Part shown: positions 51,442 through 62,130 of the stretch, piece after piece
How positions within the stretch are numbered: position 1 is the stretch's first letter
Layout of the letters: every line of letters starts with the position of its first letter
Source: Isurus oxyrinchus
Taxonomy: Eukaryota
Direction: 5' to 3'
Length of the DNA: 64,000 bases
Assembly: GCA_026770705.1 (NCBI GenBank)
Contig: JANJGN010000020.1
Span: 80,166,001-80,230,000, forward strand
The notes under the pieces: generated by a model
What the model saw: only the letters and a program-made list of their open reading frames with translations
Databases searched by the model: none
Told to the model about the DNA's origin: nothing
Translations under genes and position numbers: made by a program

Positions 51442-53236
51442 ATCCCGTTTACCTCTTTTAGAGTAAGTATAAGCCACACCGTTCAGTTGTAATGCCTGCC
51501 CTGTCACATCGGTGAAGGATTTCCAATACGACCGCGTTCACCTGCGGCGTCGCCGATTGTGTCTGGTTTTCTTTCGTACGTCTTGAGTCTGGAAAATTTC
51601 TGCCTCCTTGATGAATTCGTCATTTGCTTCTGTGTCACAAATCTGTTGCCATCATGTCTACCATAAATTGCTGCTGTACTGCGGAACACGTGCAGGCGAG
51701 CAGTGACACCACTGTCTGCAGAGTCAATGCCCCTCGTTCACTGCAATTTTGCAGGGACATTTACTCAAGCCAATTTGCAACCGCCAGTGCAACCAACCAT
51801 TATAGCCGACTCATTTGCATTGAAACTATCAACAGTCTTCGACACGAATTAGTAACTCGCTTCCAAACAATTTCACGCAAACACGGTATCTGTCAGCAAA
51901 ACCTATTTGTTATCAAATTTCTTAACAGGCAGTCAGCTGCTGGGGAGGCCAAAAAGCATTTGCTCTTTCTTTCTGCCTGTTAGAAATGCTGCACAACGGA
52001 CTCCTAAGTCTTGTTCATTGCATTGTAAAACGGCCGGAACGGAACAAAATACCAAACGGCGGGACATTTAAATCATTGCTGAGCTATTTGGAAGCGACAC
52101 ATAAACTGCGCGGCTGAGAGTCCAACGCTTCACGTCTTATTCAGATAAATAAATCAATAACAAGGGCAGTAGATCTGCCAATTGTTCTGTCTTTTACTGC
52201 TTTCCCAATTTGCTCTAAACGCCTAAAGTCATTGATGAGAGCGAGGCGGAAATAGACGTCAGTCCCTGCCCTGGCAACTACCCCGAATTATAGCCCCACA
52301 GTTCTATTTCAACAGGTATTCGGTAATTTCTTGTTAAAGCCCTCCTCGTGACTTTGCGTGACTGCGAGCACCTTCCTTGTAATTCGCCAGGAAATGCACA
52401 GGCTTCAGTTGCAACATCCTTGAGATACAGCAGCATTTTGATACAGTTTTTACTTCACTGTTTGTAGTCGTTATACTCTTTATATTTAGCATCCTTCTGA
52501 AAGCGATTCTGAATGATCAACTTACACTGCTCATACGCGACTTGCCCACATTCCATGAAAGGCATTGAAAAAAGAGATGCCTGAGATATCAGCCTATTGA
52601 TGACTAGAATTTGTGCAGTTTGAGATTTGCCTTCGACAGAATATTTTCCACATATGGCAGAAGGAGAACATATCCTTTGCCAAAAAGCTTTGCATTCAGC
52701 AGCTCTGGGTCAATCATATCCTTACAGCTCGCTGATAACTTGAAGTTTTGACTGGGCAACTACATGATTTCCAACCTGTGCGGGATCAGTCAGCAAGGGA
52801 GAATGCTGAATTCTCCACTGACTGCTAGAGTGAATTTGAAAAGCATTTGATCCAAATGGCGACCAGTTAGCTCCTCGGTAACCTGAAGCTTTGCATTTAC
52901 AAATACAATAGTTTCAACGTTCCAACTGGTGCGTGGTCAGTCAGCAATGACTGAGTGTCGACGGCCCTTGGCTCATTCTTCGGTACCATTCCAGACACAG
53001 AATCCGAGTGACTCCCGCCCCCTGCTGCCCTGATATTGTCTCAAAGAAGTTTTCTGGAAGGATATTGAGCGTGCATTGTGTTCATGTTCTGAAAAAGTGT
53101 CCGCATCTATGATAGGAAAGAATCAAAAGAATCAAAGCACATCATAGTCAGTCGAAACACATCTGACCATTCCTTCTACATACTGTGATACTTATCTGGC
53201 TGTCGATTTTACTGATCTCGATTCCCTCTTTCTTAC

Positions 53237-54165
53237 GGAGAACGTATTAATAATCATGATTCGCGCCAGAAGTAACTGGGGCTTTCCAAATGTATCTCTG
53301 TCTATATGGTGTCAGGCAAAAACAGATCTACTTCATATATTAGAATTTCAAACTTTCAGCAAAGTCTAACACATTCATTCCTCTCCAACACTGTCATTGT
53401 TACGGCAATACCAAACTTTAAATTGAGCAGGCACTCGGTCATTTCGCACTGAAGCACCCGTCACAAGTTGGCAATGAAGTTGCTGCCTTACTTCTCATTT
53501 GCAATTTAGTTCTATTTCTAATCTTCAATTGCCACTGTCACTGTGTGCGATATATGGCCAGAATTTTAAAGCAAACTATGTCACTGGGAGAACTGCTACA
53601 GTGACCATAACTGCGGTCTCTGTGTTGATCTATTGGGAGAATATGCAATTTCGGTTGCCTAGGAACACAAATGTTCATTTATAAGCAACTGAATAAACTG
53701 CAAAAACGGGTGATCAACAAACTGATCATTAACAATGTTCACTCGGGATCCCGCCCTGGCGCGGATTTTCTTCCATCGTATTTCCGGGTTGCGGACTTTT
53801 CGGATGTATTTTGTCTCCATTTCTGAAGTTCCTTTTTATATTATTTAACTGCTTGACAATCAGACGCATTTTAACAGCTACCAGAGACCGCAGGAGACTC
53901 CGGGCGCACAACAGCAAGAAACAGAATGACACAGAGGTGGGAATCCGAATAAAACCCGTTATTTGCCTGTTCACTATATCAGGCAGTTTTATGATGTTGT
54001 GGTTGACAGCTGCTGTCTGTTCTGCAACGATCAGCTTAGCCGTTATTTACCGACCCGATTTTACATCCCTGGCATACATCGCCTCTCAAACTGTTTATAT
54101 GATGATTTACTTGAGTTCCTGTCCAAAAATTTGCTTTTATGTAACTGCACAATCTGTTACCAAGC
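53237..54165 (+). pseudogene. GPR139-like GPCR pseudogene, copy D
   Basis: SKCISVYMVS (TM2 region), RTATVTITAVSVLIY, and ORF 53811..54176 FNCLTIRRILTA...LFTISGSFMMLWLTA...YRPDF...YLSSC. Frameshifts; acceptor degraded. Confidence 0.88.
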
Positions 54166-55999
54166 GGTCACACTGATTAACCCCGTCCATATGAATGAAA
54201 GCATACCGCGTTAAAGCTCATAAGCTCAAAATCCTGCTTTTCCCCCAAACATTTCAACCAGTTTCCCGAACAACTGTTTTTGCAGCTTGTTCCTTTTCTG
54301 GCAAATCTACATTATCTAATTGATCTACGTAAATTATTTGTGTTTCCAAGCTTTGGGTCAATGGGTTTAGTTTAATGCATTTTCTGGTCAGGGAGCTGGT
54401 ACGAGAAGATATCATTTCAATCATGGAAGCTGGGAACATTGTTTGAACATTCACTCCAAAAAACCTACACTACAGTCATGCGCAACTCATTAACCACTCG
54501 GTCGCCACAGCTGGACGAATGCAATCTTTCTCCATGTCGGTACAAAATGTCAGGCATTATATAATGTAGGGAACATCAGACAATTGCCTGGAATCATTCA
54601 TTCATCACCTTCACCTCATGAGCCCTTTTCTAATCTCCCAGCCTACGTCGAAATGAAACTCGTGAATGGCGGATTCGTATCATTCGGAAGGAAGCCTGTC
54701 GGCCCATCGAGTCTGTCTATGCACTTTGATCGATCTGTTAATAATGTTCTACAATCCAGCTTTTCCCCTTTACCATGTAAATTAGTCCCATTGAAATTCC
54801 GATTGAACCTGATTTCACCATCCTTTCAGGTGGGAAAGTAAGCGTGAAACCTGGCAATATGAAAAAAAAAACTGAACTGCCAAAGAGAGAAATGCAACAA
54901 AAGTTTGCGATGCCTCTTCGTGGACAGTGAAGGAGGCTGTGGGAAGCAGGTGAAGCGAAGCCCGGATACATACGTCTGTAGGCTTTTATCCTGAGAGTCT
55001 AGGTTTCCATCGCTGTTTGGTTGTTGCCTTTTTGACTCAAGGTGTTGATGTCCAGCAAAACGGCAACAAAACGAGTAATCGCCTTTGAATACTGCAAGGA
55101 GAAATAAAGAAAAGGAGAACCCTGCGATTTACAGAAAAATACCCACCATCTCGTAATTTTGGTAGCTTCGATCGTCCTTACAATTGTTTTCAGATTTCCA
55201 GCTACTCTAAGTGTGAAAAGTGCTTCCTGATTTTTCCCTTGTTTGGCACGATCGCTGTGGATTAGAAGCAAAAACATGGCAAGATGCAATCCAATTTCTA
55301 CTGGCGGGAGAAACAGTCTCTCCGTGTTTAACCTAACAAATCACTTTAACAGGTTCGAAACCTTCCTCTTTCTATACTCAAAGGAATAGAAAAGTTTGGA
55401 AGCCCTGAAAAGGATGGGGGTGCCGCGCTGTGATATCCAGGGATCAGGAAGAAGGTGAAGGATTGACACTGGCTGAAGTTCTCCTTCTGAAAGCCAGCAC
55501 AGACAGGATGGGCCAAATTGCCTTCTGTGTTGTGCCCATTCTATGATTATGTTTTCTCTGTCAGTGTGTAGGCAATGAGGTTGAGGTCACTATGAGATTC
55601 TTTCAACTGAGACTTGGACACGACCCCAGGTTACGGTTGCCGTGAAGTTTGGAATACATCGGCAGTGTTTACTATTATTCGTCCTTGGTGATAGAATTGC
55701 TGGTAAGGCCAGCATTTATTTGTGGAGCCGTCATCTCCATTATAGATGTTTAATTCTCCACTATCATTCGTGAGTGTATGTGTAAGCACTGCACACATTT
55801 AATCTGATCCGTTGATTGTGAGATCATATCCAAAGCGTTTGTCTGTGAGGACAGGAGACAATAGGTACAAACAGCAAGTGTTGTACTGTGAATAAGATGA
55901 ACAGGATTTGCAGAAGGAACTGGCTGAGTCTCAATTGTTGTATCCCGTCTGACTCTAGGAGCTGCTCATTATGAACGATGTGGTGATGTGAAGGATTTT

Positions 56000-56360
56000 G
56001 GAAATAGGGCAGGAAAGATTCACGAGATTGCTCCTGGAATGAGGAACTTCAGTTATGATGGTAGATTGGAGAAGTTAGGACTGTTTTCATGGGAGAAGTG
56101 AAGGCTGAGAGGAGATTTGATAGAAGGATTGCAAATCACGAGGTACCTGATCAGAACCGACAGGGAGAAAGTGTTATCGTTCGTGAAAGGTTCAAGACTT
56201 TGAGGGTTGAAATTTAAAGTATTTTGTAAAAAAAAATGTCAGGAGGAAAAATATTACTTTTCTTGCCAAAAGTGGTTAAGGCCTGGAATGCATTGCCTGG
56301 GAGTGTGCTGGAGGCAGCTTTAAATGAAGCATTAAAAAGAGAGTTACACTGTTATCTGGC
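56000..56360 (+). mobile_element. CR1-type LINE 3' fragment
   Basis: RFTRLLLE/GMRNFSY..RLEKLGLFS..K.RLRGDLIE and WNALPGSVLEA. Confidence 0.85.
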
Positions 56361-57291
56361 TTTAAATCCTTGCCTGTGACCCTGGGTCCGAGTGTCCAAA
56401 TCATAGGAATTAACATAAAAATACATATCAAATTCCTCCTGAAATCATGAGTATGGGTTTTCGGTAAAGCGGCTGTCAGTCGGTAAAATGTAGGGACTGA
56501 GCTGTGGTTTAATTTCTAGATCTGAAGAGTGTTAGGAAGAAGTTCAAGAAGCAAACAATGTTCCATTGGGGGAAAACCGAATGTTTGACGAGGAATATGA
56601 ATGCCGTTCACCATCTTTCAAATTTTATTCAGTGAAGGACCCAAAGTGTAATTCAACTCTGTGCCAAGGAGCTGCTGATTAGTGCAATGACCGGAAAAAT
56701 GACCTGAAAATAGCAGAATTCTGGTGTTTCCCGAGGGAGAGGAAACGGGGTAAGCAAGGACACAAAAGATGGTGGATTTTGAATAGCTGCTGTCAGAAAG
56801 CAAAGTAAATGAAGGAAAAAATAAAAATAAAAATGAACAAAATGGTGGCAGAGCTTAAAATGTAATTTACTGCGTCACATTATGGTCACGGTTTACAAGA
56901 TGCACGTTTATTGACAGATTATTAATGAATTCTGCGTTTGTTTTCATTACCAAATCGAGCATACCCGGCTCCTTTCGGTTTTGTAGGATGTTGTTTCAGC
57001 CAACCGTCCTCGATTCAATCTACCAAACCACTAATTTCACATAAATTCTGATTCAGCTGAATTGAGGTGAAAGAGATAGTTTCTGTGTTAGAACAGAGAC
57101 GGAAATGTCGCCTGACTGTGTGGGTTAAGAACCATTCTTTTCTAATTGCGCTAATATCCCGGGATCTCTGAAAACAACTGCAGATTCTTGACTCTATTGA
57201 TACGCAATTTTTATCTACATCCCATATACGAACCAAATTCAAATGAAGTTTCCAATTTTACGTGCTTTCTCTGTATAAATACCAGAGTACT

Positions 57292-57363
57292 GTCTCCATC
57301 GGGGAATTGAACCCTGATCGCCTGCGTGACACAAGGGGTTTCTAACCACTAGACTAACGAGTG
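57292..57363 (-). tRNA. tRNA-Asp(GTC) pseudogene
   Basis: Reverse complement CACTCGTTAGTCTAGTGGTTAGAAACCCCTTGTGTCACGCAGGCGATCAGGGTTCAATTCCCCGATGGAGAC versus canonical Asp-GTC. A/B boxes largely kept; anticodon stem mismatched. Confidence 0.82.
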
Positions 57364-57794
57364 AATTGAATTACACGCTGTGTACAGGCTTAGATCTTCC
57401 ATGCCTCTGACATGCACGCACAAACCGATTTACAGCGCAGCAAAGCAATGACCATTGCGCTGTTGCAGAGGAGACGTATCTGACTGATCTAAACGAGCAT
57501 AATAATCGTCCTGTGTATAGTAATCTATCATCTATAAAGCCACAAAATGGAATGATGAACCTATTTGTGTGTGTGATGCGGAGGTAATGATAGAGAGGTG
57601 GGGAGAGAGACAGAGAGAGAAAGAGCCAGTGATGCCAGATGACTGGAGGATTGATAACGTTATATCCGTGTTGAAGAAAGTAGCGGTTGGAAACCTTCTC
57701 ATTTGAATTTTTCCCGCGTGTGTTTTTGGAACAAAATCTCACCTTAACAATCAAAATAATCTGCGGACGTGGCGTTTCTTATTTGAACAATAAT

Positions 57795-57892
57795 AACAAC
57801 AAAAAATGTTCGAAAAACTCAACAGGTCTGACAGCGTCTGTGGAGAGAGTAATCAAGTTAACGTTTCGCGTCGTCATGACTTCTTCAAACTG
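57795..57892 (-). mobile_element. Penelope-derived terminal repeat with hammerhead-like core
   Basis: Reverse complement TTTGAAGA-AGTCATGACGACGC-GAAACGTTAAC. Confidence 0.6.
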
Positions 57893-58099
57893 CGATATGC
57901 GGGAATGAAAGATGAATCCACTGCGCGGATGACAAATTATATTCCCCACTGCACCACAAACGCTGATTACAGACCCTTCAATGCCGGCAAAAATGCCACG
58001 ACAATTACCAAGAGTGTTATCATGAAAAATAAAATGGCCGGTTGCTATGCAGCCATTCACAATCTCATCTGGTCACAGCCTTTGTTTTTTTTTACTAGA

Positions 58100-58400
58100 A
58101 CCAATGCAATTCTGTTCAGCTTTTGTACCCTGAAGCCTTTTCTCTCCTCCACACCAACAACCCACCGCCCCACCAAAAACCCTTACTCATTTCTTTTGTT
58201 AAACCTGCGCCCTCCCGCTCTCCAGTTGTTTAAACATTTTATCCTTACACATTTTTTTTGTTCTGATGAAAAGCCATCGACCTGAACAGGTCACATTGTT
58301 CGTCTACACTGATGCTCTAGGTTCCATGACCTACAAAACATTTTTGGGTCTATTGATTTTTTGTTTTGTTTTTTTCTCTTCCTTTTCCAGTGACTACACT
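58100..58400 (+). mobile_element. Penelope-derived terminal repeat with hammerhead-like core
   Basis: Pyrimidine-rich UTR, then TTCTGATGAAAAGCCATCGACCTGAAC (CTGATGA at 58263-58269). Confidence 0.6.
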
Positions 58401-58479
58401 GTTTTCCTTTTCCATTTGAAATCTCTGCGAAAAAGTGGCGAACGATACTTATATATTTCGCTCTTGCTCCTTGCCAATC

Positions 58480-58912
58480 TACCAGTTTGCTTCCTCCATT
58501 GTTCATTTGAACCTGCCTCACCCAATCTCAGACAGTGCATCCTAGATCTGAACCACTTTCAGTGAAAAAATAAATGCTTCCGTCGTGTCATTTTAATTTA
58601 TTTTATCAATTTGTTTCAACCTGTGCCCTCTCGATCTCGTTCCTTCCACGGGTGGGAACCTGTTGGGCTATGTACATTGCCCAAACCCCTCATGATTTTC
58701 AATACTTCTTTCAAAACATCCTCCAACCTTATCTTCTCCAAGGAAAACAGTGCTAACTTCTCCAATCTATCTCCGTAACTGAAGTTCCTCATCCCAGAAA
58801 CCACTCTTGTGAACCTTCTCTGCCCTCCCTCCAACATTCTTGACATCTTCATATTCTTCCTCAAGTACAACGCCGAGAACAAGCTGGTGCTGAAATAGTG
58901 CCTCAAGCACAT
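58480..58912 (-). mobile_element. CR1-type LINE 3' fragment
   Basis: ORF 58616..58912 reads QRRFTRVVSGMRNFSYGDRLEKLALFSLEK...VLKIMRG. Confidence 0.88.
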
Positions 58913-60449
58913 CCCATTTGCCTTATGCCCATTACAAAACTATTTTTGCATGAAAAATGTTGTCTCCTGCCTAACAGGCAAACGCTTTCAGAGTGACCCC
59001 ACAACCAATGGATCAGATCACATCTCTGCAGTCCTGTCGCATCGAGTCAGACCTTCCACATGGTGGTGGACAATCAAACGGCTAACTGGAAGGGCAAGCT
59101 GCACGAAAAAATGAAGGCCTGTTACACAGCAACCTAAATGCTTCCTCCCGACTTGCACATGACTTACTTAGTTTGAGTGCAACAACAGCTGGTGCTGCAT
59201 TTGGAATCTTAAAGCTTATTTGACCAGCAAAGAACATTACACACTTCTGTCCATTCTTGAATATCTCTTTGTTGCACTTTATTTTGGGCTTGTCTAGCAG
59301 TTACTGCTGGAATGTGTTTATGCGATTAACAATAGAACAATTGTGCCCACTATTGCTGCATGTGGAAAATCACACGATAGGTCCCTTTCTCTGCATCTGC
59401 TGATTAATTGTCCATAGATTCGGTCGGCTGTTGTGGAAGTGACCTGACATGTCTATGATGAATACTGAAGTTGAACGTGATTCTGAACGGGCCTTCCAAT
59501 GTAACCCATATCTTTACGCATCCTTTAGCTCTTCTGCTGTTAATCCTGACATGTTCAGCCTGCATAGACCTTCGTTCACAGTTTTAGGCGAATTTTGAAG
59601 GCTTGCTTGTCTGACTGAGGTACACCTGAATCAAGAAACCATAGCTCTGTTTAAACATTTTGAATTCTTGTAAGCTGCATCCGAATTCAAGCTGGGGAAT
59701 TTTGTGGATATTTTGAGAAAGACGCTTTGCCCTTCCATCTTCTGTGGTACCTGGAATGACTGTCACTCTGGCTGCTTTTGCTGCCTTTTCTCAAGTTGTG
59801 CCAATATAATCGCAGCCTTCTCTGGCCTGATTTCTATGCAGTTTTTCTTGAGTTTTTTTTTCCTTCTTTGACTGTCTCTCACTCTCTGTCAATCCAGTCC
59901 ACGCCCTGGTCAGTTGCCTTTCTTGACTGACATAATCTGGAGCTGGTCCTCTTGAAACCCTCTCCCAATCACTGAACTGACAAGTCAGACATTGCAATCT
60001 AACCATGAGGGACTCGTCTGTTTTCCTGCGCTTCATTTGTACACTATCTGACTCTGTCTTACAAGCTTTTCTGGAGAGTCGGTACGCTGCTTTCTCAATA
60101 ATCTCCGACCCTCGACTCTCTTTAGGTCAGTTCAAAACGTCAAGAGTCACCTTATGCCATGTAGCACTACCTGATACTGTTCACCAATCGTATATGTAGT
60201 TAATCTTACTGCCAGGCTCTCTGTCCACCGCTGAACGCCATGTGCTGTTTTTATAAAGATTGAAGCGACAATCACCATTATGACGTTCGGTATTTATGAT
60301 ACTTTACCCAGTCAGTTGCATGTCATCAACTATGGTGGTCTGGTGGTCAGCGGAGATGATTTCCAAGCAGTTGATTTGCTTTCCATTCCCACCAATCACA
60401 TTGTGTTCTTTTTAGATTTCTGAGTTCAGGATATCCAAGCTGGAGTCGA

Positions 60450-60707
60450 TTCTGATGACGTGAGATTTTGTTCCGAAAAAACACGCTACTGGAATTCAAG
60501 CGCAGCGATTTCGAAGGTCCATATATATAAGGGAGGAACGAAGTCATGGAGGGATTTGAAATTGAGGATGAGGATTTAATAATAGAGGAGCTAGTTTGCA
60601 TGGTCAGGAAACACGGGGGTGATTCTTATGGTTTCATATACTTCGATATGGCAGACAAGTATTTGTCCAGAGGTAGAAAGCTTGAAAGCATCACAGATGT
60701 GCCTTGA
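60450..60707 (+). pseudogene. Coding-like relic, possibly an AlbA_2 (Schlafen/SAMD9-type) domain
   Basis: One frame reads REILFRKNTLLEFKRSDFEGPYI*GRNEVMEGFEIEDEDLIIEELVCMVRKHGGDSYGFIYFDMADKYLSRG. Motif resemblance by eye only. Confidence 0.3.
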
Positions 60708-61589
60708 TTTGCTCACAGACAGCAGCGAAACTAAGACTGTATGGCATGGCCCATTTCCCTTCCACTGAATGCTGTCCCTTAAATGCAAATTAGAAAACCC
60801 ATGCATGATTTAGCCTAGAATAAGCAAGATGTCAGTTTGATTTCGCAGCATATGACCAACATAACTTCAGATAAAGCATTATTTTGCAAGGAACTGAGCA
60901 CAGACTTGAATGTTCCACAGGGAACATTGAGTTGGGAGAGAGGTGAGAGACTGAAATAACTTATCTCAAATAAACGAAAAAGGCCGGAAAAATTCGGCAT
61001 CTCTGACAGCTTCGTTTATCGGGTCATAAGGAAACCTTCCTTACACTATCCTTCCTTTGTGGGAGCTGATTGCAGCACCTTCTGTCCTTATTTCAGATTC
61101 CCAGCGTGAGCAGTCTGTCCCTTTCTGAACAATAAAACAATCTCTGTGCGTGAATAGACCTTCAAATAAATAATTAAGAAGCAGCAGAGGGAGAATGTTC
61201 AGAGAATTAGTGAATTTTACTGAATGCGAGTAATCCTATCCCGGCTCCACACTAATGTTTGGGGAAAAGCTTAATTATCAGCCAAGAGGAACAAGCTGAG
61301 TTACATTTTAAATGGAAGATAAGGGAAGGTTGTATTTTTTTTTTTACCCGAATTGCATCTGCGCGTGTGTTCTGTGGAAGATCTTACCGAAATGCTTCAA
61401 ATACATTTCCGAGTGTCGTGTTTCTGATTTGAGAGGTTTAAAAAATCAACAAAGTGCCTTGAATTGAGGCAGAGGCAATTGCTTGAAAAGAAAGGCCGCT
61501 CACCACCATAGCTGAATTCGGTATTTTCGCCGCAGCAAACTATCGCAAAGCACAAAAGCGTTATCATGAAAAATAAAGCTGATGCTCAG

Positions 61590-62130
61590 CAACTGAAGGA
61601 GAAATACGTTCAGGTGACAAAAGCTTTTTCAAAGAGGTAGATTTTAAGGAGCTTTCTAAAGATGAGAGGGAACTAGAGAAGTGGAGGTTTTTAGGGAGGG
61701 ATTAGAGAATTTTAGACCAAGTCAGTTGAATGCACTGTTGTCAAATCTGTGGGGATCAAAACCCGGAATGTACAAGATGGCAGAAGAACAGGAATATGGA
61801 AGTTTTGCTGGGCTGGAGAGGTTACAGAGAAATAGAGGGGTGAATTCAGGGAGAGATTTTAAAATAAGGATGAGATTTTTAGAATTGACGCATTGCCGCG
61901 GCAGGAACTAATGTCCGTCAACAAACCCAGGGTGATTGGTTAAATGGACTTGGTTCAGGAGGCAGAATTTTGGATGAGGATAAGTATATGTAGGGTGGAA
62001 GATTGGGGGCCGGCCAGGGAAATACTGGAATATTCAAATCTAGAGTGATAAAGGACATGGATGAGGGTTTCAGCAGCAGATGTGCTGAGGCAGGGTCAGA
62101 GTTGGCCGATGTATAGGGTGTGCAAGTACA
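61590..62130 (-). mobile_element. L2 LINE 3' end
   Basis: CAAAGAGGTAGATTTTAAGGAG, GGGCTGGAGAGGTTACAGAG and ATGGATGAGGGTTTCAGCAGCAGATG, the antisense of the L2 C-terminus (AETLIH). Confidence 0.85.

Noticed and set aside
57806-58285. 159-aa ORF
   Set aside because: Built from Penelope and L2 repeat remnants, with no protein family signature.
59000-60340. Possible minus-strand retroelement ORF remnant
   Set aside because: Coding-like texture, but no diagnostic motif I could confirm.
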